From positions 85,870,001 to 85,934,000 of the forward strand of contig NC_079170.1 of assembly GCF_947568905.1 (NCBI RefSeq): a stretch of 64,000 nucleotides of DNA, given 5' to 3'. The position numbers were made by a program, and so were the translations under genes. Below, piece after piece: positions 1 to 12,093 of the stretch; positions within the stretch are counted from its first letter, which is position 1, and each line of letters begins with the position of its first letter. Under the pieces are notes generated by a model. That model saw nothing but the letters and a program-made list of their open reading frames with translations, did not search any database and was not told where the DNA came from. Origin of the DNA: Ostrea edulis (taxonomy: Eukaryota).

Positions 1-1333
1 AACGTAATACCGGGGGCAACGTAATAAACGTTCCCAGTTAAATCCGATAAAAATATCATTTGGAAATTGTATATCGTCCGTTGGTACTCCGTGAAGGGGT
101 GTGTGAATATATCTTTACTGTTTCTTTGTTTAAAAGACTATTATACTTTGTTTTATTTACATCTTATCTTTAATGTCCGTAATTCTTCATGTTCTTATCC
201 CTTTTCTTTATTTCGGTGTAGGATACATAAGGATGTTTTGATAAACGTTGCTTTTTCTGCATTCGTTTGGACCGCCATTTTGTTCAACTTTAAAACAATG
301 CGTTCATGTAAATTTCTCTCAATAACTCGTTCCGGTTCGTATTCAACATTCGTATTAAAAAATAACAAAACATCGTTTTTATTAAGTTCTCTAATTAAAC
401 AATACACAACACAATAAAAAAAATCCCACCCAAAAAACAACAAAACTATAGACACAAAACGCACACGATACCCAACACTTGCACACTTCTCACCAACGAT
501 AAACATGCACGGAGAACAATTTAAGCGCAATCCACATAAAAAAAAAATATAATGATGCACGAAGATTTTATTTATAACGCTAAATGATGGCACTAAAATC
601 ACGTGCACATCAAGGGATTTTAAAATATTCACTGAGGTAAATGCCGTGCACAAATCGGCCGATAGATTGGTGTATGTATGGACGAGATTTACGAACACCC
701 AAGCTGCATGTCCAAACAACGAACAATTTTTTTAATTGAACACCTTTAGTCACCTATGTCCAAGCAGTTACCCAAGCGGTTGTAACATTGCTACGATAAA
801 TTTTGTCTTTCTTGTTTGGTACCAAAGCTGTCCGTGAATAGAGTTTTAATAGCGAAGGTAATCACACTATGCTGAACACGCAGGTGGTTGAGAAATTATT
901 TCTTTGATTATCAAAATATGAAAAATGAAGTAAATTTCATAGAGTACAATTTCTAAATAAACATTATTTAATTGTTTATCACTGGCTTCTATACGGGGTA
1001 ATCACCTGTATTGATGTCGCTAAATCTATCAAAGCGTGATCAGTCAAGCGTCTCTAATCCCCAAACAGACCAGGAAATTTACGTGGTGACTGCCTCAGGC
1101 TGTCAAGGTGTGAATGGCTTATTATTTTGAGAATCACTATTGAATAATTAGGGGTTTATTATGTTTTTGTCGGAATATTTACAACGTAATACCGAGTCCC
1201 GGCATTATAGGACAACGTAATAACGAGGTCTATTTTATATAGGTTTGTTAAGAAATGGTTTTGTGCTTTGAAATTCCAACGTAATATGCGGACTAACGTA
1301 ATAAAGGGGGAACGTAATAACGGGGTTCCACTG
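1..1333. mobile_element. Right part of a Tc1/mariner-type (TA-CAGT) non-autonomous DNA transposon in an IARS intron
   Basis: Ends in ...aacgtaataacggggttccactg|TA at 1333-1335 (reverse complement TA-CAGTGGAACCCCG). The subterminal motif AACGTAATA recurs near 1, 19, 1184, 1215, 1279, 1297 and 1311. The left TIR lies outside the window. Confidence 0.55.
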
Positions 1334-1438
1334 TAGTATGCCTATAAATTCTGAGAGTACTTTGTCTTTTTCAAAACCTTATCACTTCTTCGCCTGCCAT
1401 TGGTATGTGTCTCAAACTGAGAGTGAAGCCACACTTAC

Positions 1439-4400
1439 TCTGCCAACACAATTCCATTGACAATCAGATTCTTGAATGGTGGTTTTCCAAACAGCAGCGT
1501 AGAGAGGACGAGCAGTGTGTAGAACCTACAGTTAAACGCAGTTGTGTGATTCTTGAGGTGTGATACCATTTTAACTTTCGGAAGTAAAGCTGAAGTGAAC
1601 TTCAATTATCAAATTTTGCTACATTACATCTACTACACAAAGAAACACAAACATTTATCATTTTATGCATGGGTAATTAGTTTCTCTGCATCGGAATTGT
1701 CATGGTTTATGAAGGAATAGTACACTTTGACATGTTCCCCACTGTGTGGGTAACCATTCCCTACCATCCTCGGGTCTGGTCTATTCCCTCCGCAATGAAG
1801 TCGGCAGGGAACGTGTCATCAAACTCCTTCTTCCGCTCAAATGGATAGTGGACCTGGGCGTAAGGCATGCTACCACTCTCAAACCAGCAGTCAAATACCT
1901 CGGACGTTCGTCTCAAAACTCCTTTTCCAAGCTTTGATGGAATGGTGATGTTGTCAACTCTTGAGATGAAATTTGATAATTACACACACAATAACGATCA
2001 CCACCCAAACTTTGTAAAATAATCCTGAATATCTATACAAAAACTTGAATATTCAAGGAATATACATGTGTATGTATTGTGTGCAACACTTCCTGTGAAT
2101 ATGGATGTGACCTTCAACTCCACAAGGTCATGTATGTTTTTCAATCAAAATAATTTTAGGAAGATGTGATATGATATACAAGTAATTTTGATTTGTTCTC
2201 CCATGACAAAATGTATATCAACCCATACAACTGAGCAAGAATAAATGTGTTAAAGCTACATGTATATCAATTAGATTATTATCTCCTCTATGTGTTGCAG
2301 TGCATGTACGTTCAACTTGTGATACAGAAAATGTCCTAAATCTTACGATTCTCTATGAAGGTCTTTGACTTCTACCCCGGACAGCCTCTTCAGTTCTTCC
2401 ACGGACCCAACACAAACAATCTGTGGTTCACAACAACAAACAATGAATCCAAATACAGTCCGACTAATAGAACTGTTGTAACAATGCCCAGCTCACAATA
2501 TGGAATAATAAAAGATTTCTACTATCCTGGCAGATACTTGACAATAAATAGCACTGCTACATATATTACAGTAACTGCAATGGTGTTCATGCTTTTATAA
2601 ACTACAGCTCCCCACCTCTTCTCCGTCCTCACTGATCCAGAGGGGAATCGGTGTTCCCCAGTACCTGTTCCGAGATATTGCCCAATCCCGAGCCTCCCGA
2701 AGCCAGTTTGCGAACCTCTTCTCCTTTACAAAGTCTGGCACCCTAAAAATAAAACATAGTAAAACTAGATAAACACTGTCTTATCCACTATTCTCTTTAA
2801 TAATCCAACATTCTCTTTAATCTGACCACATCCTCTCTAATAAATCCGATATTCTCTCTACTCCGACATTCTCTATAATCTGACCACATCCTCTCTAATA
2901 AATCCGATATTCTCTCTACTCCGACATTCTCTATAATTGACAACATCGTCTCTAATAATCCGACATTCTCTATAATCTGACAACATCCTCTCTAATAATC
3001 CGACATTCTTTATAATCTGACAACATCCTCTCTAATAATCCAACATCCTCTGTAATCTGACATGTCAGAACTCCATTTCACAGTAAATTCCATCACTATT
3101 TTCAGTCTTAACAATCTTGTTCCTTATTCTTTACACAGAGCAATCCAATATCCTCTCTAATCCGACCCAAAATTGATCTCCTGGAACATGTCGGATTAGA
3201 CAGGTTTCACTATACACAAATCTCTGATCAATTAACATACATGTCTATACACACTGCTATAATTCCACAGTATCAGAACTATCGCACAGTGTATAAGTTA
3301 TCGTAAAATTCCAATCTGTATGACAAAACAACAGCCACTGACCAGTATGTTTTCTGATTGTTCTCCAAAAGCTGCGTTGTCGCCTGTTCAACTCGTACAA
3401 ACCAGCTGGGCACAGCCTTGTAAATCAGTGGGGTCTCTGACCTAATTAAACAGATCAGAAAGTTAATGTCAATATCCGAAGAATCTTTTAAAAAAGACTG
3501 AACAGGAAATGTTATTTTGATATCTCTTATCTTGACACATTTGTATAGCAGTACTTCGGATACTTTGATATAGAATGTGATCCTTCAACATTATAAAAAT
3601 ATAAAGAACAAAAACATAAAGCTGGCTTTTCCCCGTACATTTACTACAACACGAAGGACAGTAAACATTTCCGGTTACCTCCAACAGAAAGGATAACTAT
3701 GTTTAAATGTGGACTGGTGCACCAAACGACCCCTCTCCTTCAGGTTCTTTGAAATAGCCTTGTCTGCATCCTACAATGGCAGACACGAAAATCATTTCAT
3801 TTCAAACCAAAGCAAGCTGTACTAAGACATTTGCAATCACAGGTCATGAGAGCATTACGTGTACAAAATGTACTTTCTACGATAAAAAAATTCTAAATGT
3901 ATTCCTTAGAGGAGAAAAGTTAAATCACCTTGACGTATTGGCCCTTGAAATCTGTGACCTGATTGGTGAACTTTCCGGAAGCATCCACAGGACAGATGAT
4001 TTTCATGTCACGAGTGATGATGCCATACTTCAAACACACTCGGTAATCATCCTGAAACACGACACACCAACTGATATACATGTAACAAAACAGACATTTT
4101 GCATGATTTCCCCAACAGATCTGAGAGAAGTATCCGCTAATTTCGAAATAATTTCATTTCTTCATGTTTGTGTAACAAAGGGTACCCTAGATATATACAT
4201 TCTACTATGATACGAAGTGGGAATGATGAATTCATCCTGTAAAGCCCAAATTTAATGTACTTATATATGTATTCGAAATGAAGGAGCCATTTTCAAATAT
4301 AAAGGCAACTATAAGCCATACACCATGAAAACTCGGGTGACCAAGAAATGTTCAGCTGAACTTATACAGAATCTTGAGATTTTATCATTTTAACTAGGAC

Positions 4401-7400
4401 TTCTATTGTCATTATTTCTGGAAGAGCGTGTTTGTATCTGAATAAGCATTTGAGATGACCAGTAAGGATGTAGTAAAATGGGTGGGAGGTCAATTAAAGG
4501 TTTGATGTTGCAGAATTCTGAATAGATGCAGATCCATTTTCTACAACTAGACCAAGCTAATTGTATAGCTGTGAACGTTTTCATTGTCTACAACTAGACC
4601 AAGTTAATCGTGTAGCTGTGAACGTTTTCATTTTCTACAACTAGACCAAGCTAATCGTATAGCTGTGAACATTTTTATTGCTAAGCTACTGAAAGAATCT
4701 TGTAACAACCAATCATCCTGATCATGTGTTCTTATTTAATGAATGGCCATCTAATGTTTCGACCTCTGACCTTCCAAAAAACTCCATCGATATTGAAGCC
4801 ATTTTTGTTTTGGTATGTTTATGTATCAAAGGAATTCCATGAATGCTTACATACACATATATTTATATGAGAACCTTACTTTCATTAAATGCATACTGTA
4901 CATTTATTTAAAATCTGTTTGCATGTCGAAGCAACCAAACATATTCATGGGAAAATAGAAGTTCTTGCAAATGAAGAGATATACAGTGTATGTTAAAATG
5001 TCACTATAGAACAGTTGAAGGAGAACATCATTGTGTATAATACTGGGTATATGTCATAAATCATAAACAATGTCATCCTTCATATGAATACTGTGGAATC
5101 ACGTTAAATATCAATTTTTGAGGATTGTGAAGAGTAAACATTTTCCATGGGATTCAATTTTGTGGATATGGTTTTAGTACACTGTGACATCATAAAAATT
5201 GTGTATTTTGTAGTAGCTTGAAATTCAGGGATAGAGATATAGATGATATCAAGTACAGTGCCTCTCTAAAGTAGGGTGTCTTATGGACAATGATTGATAT
5301 ACAGATATGATTAATTACAGTACCTCTCCAAAGTAGGGTGCCTGGTGGACAATGTTCGAGATACAGATGTTATCAAATACAGTACCTCTCCAAAGTAGAG
5401 TGCCTTATGGACAATGATCGAGATACAGATGTTATCAAATACAGTACCTCTCCAAAGTAGGGTGCCTGGTGGACTATTCCTGTACCACTCTCAGCTGTGA
5501 CATAGTCATCCATCAGAACGCGGAAAGCTCCAGTCTGCTCTCTCATCTACAAAATAAATGATTATGACATCAGTGAATTCAAGATTACTACAGATCTTGT
5601 ATTCAAGGAAAAAATCACACCCTCTGTCTCTATAGTCTTTTACCTCATATTAAAATGTGTGTACAGTGAAAATTACAAAACTAGCATAAACTTACATATT
5701 TGAAGTATGGAAATACTGGTTCTATATGAATGTAAACTTACATATTTGAAGTACGGAAATACTGTTTCTATATGAATGTAAACTTACATATTTGAAGTAC
5801 GGAAAAACTGGTTCGTATTTTTTGCCTTCAAGCGTCCTCCCCTTAAATCTGGAAAAGAAATTTTATGCAAATTTACAGTGCATGTGATTGCAAAAAATTT
5901 GTCATCTTAAAAAGCAGATGTCATTTTCTAAGTAGTAAATTCTGTCTCTAATTTTTTAAGATTAATAATTCTCAAATCTGTGCCCCCTCCCTTCCACAAG
6001 ATCCACCACAAAAAGAAATGATTAATTCCTTTCCAAAACTACACAGGGGCTAAGCCCGTTTTGGGCCCGAACTCTGTGATACCATAAATATAGAAAGGGG
6101 TCTAACTCTGACACAGATAAAAAACTAAAGTGAAATTGAGAGAACAATGACGTATATCTTTGTTATTTTAAGAACCAGTGACTTGAAATTTGGCATGCAA
6201 GTAGTTAAAACATTAATCTATGCAAGGAAAACGACAAACTACGCATAGCTTACCTAGTTTAAGATTTTTTAGGCATTTGAAGCGAGTGGTTAGTTTTTTT
6301 TATCTGTGTCAGAGTTAGACCCCTTTCTATATTTATGGTATCACGGAGTTCGGGCCCAAAACGGGCTTAGCCCCTGTGCAAAACTACTCATAAGTTAGAT
6401 CCTAAGTCAACAACCAATCACATTCTCATTTGTTGACAACCAATCACATTCTCATCTGTTAACAATCAATCACATTCTCATATGCTGAAAACCAATCACA
6501 TTCTCATCCGTTGACAACCAATCACTTTCTCTTCTGCTGACAACCAATCACATTCTCATCTGTTAACAACCAATCACATTCCCATCTGTTGACAACCAAT
6601 CATATGCTCATCTGTTGACAACTAATCATATGCTCATCTGTTGACAACCAATCACATTCCCATCTGTTAACAACCAATCACATTCTCATTTGTTGACAAC
6701 TAATCATATCCTCATCTGTTGACAACCAATCACAATCTCATTTGTTGACAACCAATGTCATTCCCATCTATTTTCAACCAATCTCATTCCCATCTATTTT
6801 CAACCAATCACATTCTCATCTGTTGACAAGCAATCACATTCTCATCTGTTGACAAGCAATCACATTCTCATCTGTTGACAAGCAATCACATTCTCATCTA
6901 TTTTCAACCAATCTCATTCCCATCTATTTTCAACCAATCACATTCTCATCTGTTGACAAATAATCACATTCTCATCTGTTGACAAGAAATCACATTCTCA
7001 TCTGTTGACAAATAATCACATTCTCATCTGTTGACAAGCAATCACATTCTCATCTGTTGACAAGCAATCACATTCTCATCTATTTTCAACCAATCTCATT
7101 CCCATCTATTTTCAACCAATCACATTCTCATCTGTTGACAAATAATCACATTCTCATCTGTTGACAAGCAATCACATTCTCATCTGTTGACAAATAATCA
7201 CATTCTCATCTGTTGACAAGCAATCACATTCTCATCTGTTGACAAGCAATCACATTCTCATCTGTTGACAAGCAATCACATTCTCATCTATTTTCAACCA
7301 ATCTCATTCCCATCTATTTTCAACCAATCACATTCTCATCTGTTGAAAAATAATCACATTCTCATCTGTTGACAAGCAATCACATTCTCATCTGTAGACA

Positions 7401-10266
7401 ACCAATCACATTCTCATCTATAGACAACCAATCACATTCTCATCTGTTGACATCATATAACCTCCCACTACTGAATTAATTCTTACTTCTCTAAGATTGT
7501 GTATTCATCTGCCTTCTTAAACAGAGCCTCCAGTCTGGCTTCCATCATGATGTAAACTTTCCCCGTGGATTTGTCTACAATTAACAAAACCCAGTAGGAT
7601 TATATTCAAAATTGCTCATATTTCTCTGTTCTATAAGGTAGACAAGCACATTATTTTGAGCAAGAGTAATTTTCAAATAAGCAATGGATAACATTTTACA
7701 ACTACAAGAGCTCATTGTTTGATCTCTCACCTTTGACCTTGATATAGTCCATGTCGGGGTTCACACACACAGATAAGTTGCTAGGCAATGTCCAAGGTGT
7801 TGTTGTCCAGGCAATGATCGCAACATCAGGGTCATCCAAGAGAGGAAAATTAACAATGACTAAAATATAAACGAGAAGTATCGTTAACAATGTCAAAATT
7901 CAATGCCTGCACCTTTTAGCATCAGTGTATGAGTTCACACTCTAGATATTTCCTACATTAAAATTGCAATACAATGCTGTTCAATCTTACTTTATACAGT
8001 CAAACCTTGTTATCTTGAACTCGATGGGACCAAGAAAAAACTCCCAGATATTGAAGGACTCAAGATATTGAGGGTATAATACTTAGAGAATAAGTGGTTG
8101 GGACTACAAAATCACTTTGACGTATCCATGGTATTCGAGACATCAGTGTTCCAGACACCAAAGTTCAACTGTATCTAATGCTAAAATTTGAATTTATAGC
8201 CATATGATTAAAGACGAAATAAGTTACACAATAATATAAATACCCCCCCCCCCCCCCCCAACATTTAGAAAAAATAACATTCTAAACCAGAAGTCACCTG
8301 CTGGATCCACCACATCCTTGTAATTCTGTCCCGACTCAAAGTTTGACAAAGGAGTGTTGCAGGCAGTGGAAAAGGGCATGACCTTTGACCCTTTATAAAC
8401 TAGTCCTTTGTTGTATAGCTCTTTGAACACCCACCAGATGCTCTCCATAAAGCTGGGATACATTGTCTTATAGTCGTTCTCAAAGTCGATCCACCGACCC
8501 AGGCGAGTCACAATCTCCTGAAAGGTACATTCAAAGCATTAAAATGTAAAATAAGTTTTGTCTAGAATACATCATTATTACCAGACTCATTTTAATTTTC
8601 ATCCACATCTACTGATGATTTCTATTTATATCTAATTCTAGTGTTGTGCAATATTTAGAATGGCTTACAAACACTTGGACAATAAATACTGAACAATTTC
8701 TATAGCTCTCAACAGTTTCTTCAATCTCAAGCCTGTGCATACTAGATCACGTGTTGATAAATAATAAATGTATATATTAACTTGACTTTCAGCAAAGGTA
8801 CCTAAGCAGAAATGAATGTGAAATGGGCCTATCAGAGTTAAATTAAGACAGACTTGGAAATAGTTTGAGCCTTTCAGTTATTCAATTACACCCCCCCCCC
8901 CACCCACTGCAGTTTGACTCACTTCCCAGTCAGTAGAGTATCTCATGACGATCTTCCTGCACTCCGCGTTATAAGCCGCAATCCCCATTTTCTCCACATC
9001 CTCCGGGCCTTTGATGCCTAATGTTTTGTCAATCTCATATTCCTACAAAAAGCAAAAAAAATGTGTACAACAATAACACAACAAAGCTTACAAAAGTAGA
9101 TGTGAACATTGTACAAGCTTAAAAAATTGAGTAGCTTGTGAGGGTTTATTGATTCAAAGTACAATATCATTCTACTTTAAATACTGCTGATGTTTTTTCT
9201 TAACGTTACAGAAATATTTTGACTAAAACAAACCAGTATTTCGGAGACATCTCATTGAACTAACAAGTTACTCACCGATTTTTTTTTAAAAAGTTTATAA
9301 ATGTTTTAAGGAATTCACCACTTTCCAGTCATTACAATTCCATTTTGTAAATAATGATACAATTATATAACTTCCGACAGACTCAATCAATATTATGTAT
9401 TTACGAAACAGTGGCTTCACGTAACTCTGAAAACTCCACCCCTCATTGGTTAATAATTAATATAGACAAACAATGATGGCCAAATTGGTGGTTAAATTTT
9501 TAAATTAACAAATAGGGAATTTTCATAAGAGTTTTACATTGCAGAAGGCTAAGCTTGTTAGCGAAAGACTCCTGCGTAAATTGAGAGGGTTAACACACAT
9601 TCATAACAGTCATATGTGGTCCGGATAAAAGAGCTTACCACCGGTAGACCGTGACAATCCCATCCAAACCGTCTGTCCACGTGAAACCCAGTCTGATGAG
9701 CCCAGCGGGTTACCACGTCTTTTATAGTTCCGGCCAGGATGTGTCCATAATGAGGCAAGCCCGTGGCGAATGGGGGACCATCATAGAATGTGTATCTGTG
9801 ATATCAAATCATTTAATACTTAGATAATTGTTCTGTATAGTTGTTAAAATTTCTGTATTCCGGTCATTCTATCTTATATAACTCATGTTGACATAACAAG
9901 GTATGATTCAAAATACCAAAATGTAGTTATTATTCTCAATTCAAAGTTTAAATGTATGAATATTGCACGGTGTATGCATGATTTTCGAACAATTAGAAAG
10001 GACATGCATGAAAATCAAGTGAGCCATTTTCACGGTGCATCTTTTGTCTTTGCTCATTTAGAAATAAGACGGATAATCAAAGCACCAAACTTTCTGGGAA
10101 AATTCAAATGTGCTACAAAATTTAATTTTATATACTGCACTCACCGCGGTTTTCCTTTTGACTGTTTTAAAGACGTGCGAAAAGCATCGATTTCCTTCCA
10201 GTATTTCAGAATTTTTTCCTCTTCACCCGGGAAGCTAATGTTTGTTGTTGGAACTGATTGTGCCAT
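1439..10266 (-). CDS. IARS1: Isoleucine--tRNA ligase, cytoplasmic (N-terminal 15 coding exons; the gene continues left of the window)
   Basis: GT-AG exons in consistent phase: 10145-10266 ([20 protein letters not shown]...), 9639-9795 ([21 protein letters not shown]-type motif; GWDCHGLPV), 8923-9042, 8298-8517, 7731-7859 ([11 protein letters not shown]), 7487-7574, 5788-5848, 5448-5546 ([13 protein letters not shown]), 3929-4051, 3679-3770 (HSYPFCWR), 3343-3441, 2616-2742 ([18 protein letters not shown]), 2347-2420, 1765-1959 ([22 protein letters not shown]), 1439-1525 ([14 protein letters not shown]). The KMSKS motif would be in the next exon. An acceptor at 10281-10282 upstream of the ATG implies a non-coding first exon. 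Confidence 0.97.
2770..3212. mobile_element. Degenerate Tc1/mariner-type MITE with internal ~19/40-bp tandem repeats
   Basis: Repeats of ccgacattctctataatctgacaacatcctctctaataat at about 2800-3060. Right end reads gtcggattagacaggtttcacta-ta. Confidence 0.45.
4541..4680. repeat. 47-bp tandem repeat x3 (IARS intron)
   Basis: ctacaactagaccaag... starts at 4541, 4588 and 4635. Confidence 0.9.
5240..5473 (-). repeat. 62-bp tandem repeat x4 spanning the 3' end and donor of IARS exon 5448-5546
   Basis: Donor dinucleotides end at 5447 (real), 5385, 5323 and 5261 (degenerate GC). The unit contains GTCCACCAGGCACCCTACTTTGGAGAG|GTACTG. Confidence 0.92.
5688..5815 (-). repeat. 46-bp tandem repeat x3 spanning the 3' end and donor of IARS exon 5788-5848
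   Basis: CCGTACTTCAAATAT|GTAAGTTT repeated, with donors ending at 5787 (real), 5741 and 5695. Confidence 0.92.
6042..6378. mobile_element. MITE with ~83-bp TIRs and 8-bp TSD (P-element- or hAT-like)
   Basis: TIR CACAGGGGCTAAGCCCGTTTTGGGCCCGAACTC... is near-perfectly inverted at the right end. TSD CAAAACTA at 6034-6041 and 6379-6386. Confidence 0.9.
6407..7452. repeat. 26-bp minisatellite, about 40 copies, CCAAT-containing, with higher-order variants
   Basis: Unit caaccaatcacattctcatctgttga (period 26, e.g. 6851->6877). The variant block tctattttcaaccaatctcattccc recurs near 6765, 6897, 7079 and 7287. Confidence 0.95.
7997..8171. mobile_element. Tc1/mariner-type MITE
   Basis: TA|CAGTCAAACCTTGTTATCTTGAACTCG ... 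CCAAAGTTCAACTG|TA. Confidence 0.7.
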
Positions 10267-10510
10267 ATCAAATATATTTCACTGGAAATAAACAAGATGT
10301 AGAGTGATAGAAAGCATATTTTACAATGAGTGAGGAATGATGTGGACCTAGGGTCCCATTAAGCTGTCGATCTGAAAATACATGTAATCTCATATAGTGT
10401 ATTACTGTAATACTATGTACATTTGTTAGGCCACAAAAAAATGTGTTTACGGTCATCAACCAACCATTATATATTTTTGCCCCAACCCTAATTTTTTTTA
10501 TCGAAAAATA

Positions 10511-10733
10511 TGACTTCCGGGAAATTTCGTCTCCTTCTGGAACTGAACCGTATTACTCCATTCTGAACAATAGTGACTTCCGCCATTGGAGGGTTCAGTG
10601 AGGAACTGAACCGCTATTACTCCATTCTAAACAATGACGACTTCCGCCATTGGACAGTTCAACGAGGAACTGAACCGCTATTATTCCGTTCTAAACAATG
10701 GCGACTTCCGACATTGGAGGGTTCAGTGAGCCA
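10511..10733. repeat. 63-64-bp tandem repeat x4 with internal hairpin and ETS/YY1-like motif, upstream of the first IARS coding exon
   Basis: GACTTCCG starts at 10512, 10575, 10639 and 10703. The middle units carry GGTTCAG-N7-CTGAACC. Confidence 0.85.
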
Positions 10734-11051
10734 CAGGGATTACCGTACAAACTGCATTTTGCCCTTTATGATCTTATAACAAATATCTTTAACTATTTCT
10801 TTAAATTGTACATTCATACCTTAAAAATACCTGCAGAACATAATATTATGATTGATACTGCATTCTTGTTACTTGGAATGTCTTTGGTTAAATGTTACAA
10901 TTAATAATAGATAATAATTCTTTCCATTTGTTTCATCTCTGACCTTCAAAGAATATGCCCACCTGAAATAAGTGTTATTGCACCATTCCAAAATTCCATG
11001 ACATTTATAATATTTTCAACCAAAATCATGACTTCAATATAAAGAACCCTT

Positions 11052-11296
11052 GGGGATCCAGTTTAGAATAGGTCCTCAGTACCCCTTGCTTGTCGTAAGA
11101 GGCGACTAAATGGGGCGGTCCCTCGGATGAGACCGCAAAAACCGAGATCCCGTGTCACAGCAGGTGTGACACGATAATGATCCCTCCCTGCTCAAAGTCT
11201 GTAAGCACCAAACATAGACACCCATCACTGGGAATGGTAAAGTCTCCATATGAGTGAAAAATTCTCGGGCAAGACATTAAATCCAACCAACCAACT
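11052..11296 (+). mobile_element. SINE-like retroelement, family A (no tRNA head; central domain resembling Meta-type SINE domains)
   Basis: Head ggggatcc...ttagaataggtcctcagtacccc...gtcgtaagaggcgactaa, core cggatgagaccgcaaaaaccgag.tcccgtgtcacagcaggtgtg, tail ctccatatgagtgaaaaattctcg...(caac)n. Same family at 29147, 31205, 38578, 47890 and 52323. Confidence 0.8.
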
Positions 11297-11316
11297 AGAG
11301 AACAATTGCTTGAGAT

Positions 11317-11661
11317 CAGGGCTTGAAATTAACATACGTTCATCAGTCCATGACTGGTTAAAATCCTGGCGTACGGACATACATTTGTTTTTGTTAGAAC
11401 GATAGAACTGGTCAATTTTTTAAAACGTTGCCTTCGCCATTCCTCTGTAGACATCAGATGAACCCGATTAGTAAATATATCAAGTGCTGCAATATTGTCC
11501 GAGGCATATCGAGTTAAATCCCATTATCTATCAATTTCAAAAACATTAACGAAATTTGTTTAATATTTGTAGATAACCTTGGTGGACTGGTAAATTATTT
11601 AAAAATTAAACCTCATCAGTCCGACTGAACTAGTGACATAAAAAGTAAGTTTCAAGCCCTG
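11317..11661. mobile_element. MITE with CAGGGCTTGAAA TIRs (hAT-like) and apparent 5-bp TSD
   Basis: GAGAT|CAGGGCTTGAAATT ... AGTTTCAAGCCCTG|GAGAT. Confidence 0.75.
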
Positions 11662-11665
11662 GAGA

Positions 11666-12093
11666 TCATACCACTCCTAGCAGACGTCACACCACCTCTA
11701 GCAGATGTTGAGGTTGTTACAGTAAACACACCACCCCTAGCAGATGATGAGGTGTTACAGTAAACACACCACCTCTAGCAGATGATGAGGTGTTACAGTA
11801 AACACACCACATCTAGCAGATGTTGAGGTTGTTACAGTAAACACACCACCCCTAGCAGATGTCACACCACTCCTAGCAGACGTCACACCACCCCTAGCAG
11901 ACGTCACACCACCCCTAGCAGACGTCACACCACCCCTAGCAGATGTCACACCACTCCTAGCAGACGTCACACCACCCCTAGCAGATGTCACACCACTCCT
12001 AGCAGACGTCACACCACTCCTAGCAGACGTCACACCACCCCTAGCAGATGTCACACCACCCCTAGCAGATGTTGAGGTTATTACAGTAAACAC
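11666..12093. repeat. 21-bp minisatellite flanked by 39-bp variant units
   Basis: acaccacccctagcagacgtc arrays. The minus-strand ORF (TSARGGV)n is a by-product of the 21-bp period. Confidence 0.93.

Noticed and set aside
3776-4210. 144-aa plus-strand ORF
   Set aside because: Antisense shadow of IARS exon 3929-4051 and flanking intron; no recognisable motif.
10511-10733. CRISPR-like appearance (hairpin repeats at regular spacing)
   Set aside because: The whole 64-bp unit is repeated, with no unique spacers and no cas genes, in a eukaryotic context.
11755-12093. ORF with (TSARGGV)n repeats
   Set aside because: A consequence of a stop-free 21-bp minisatellite; no splice or expression support.
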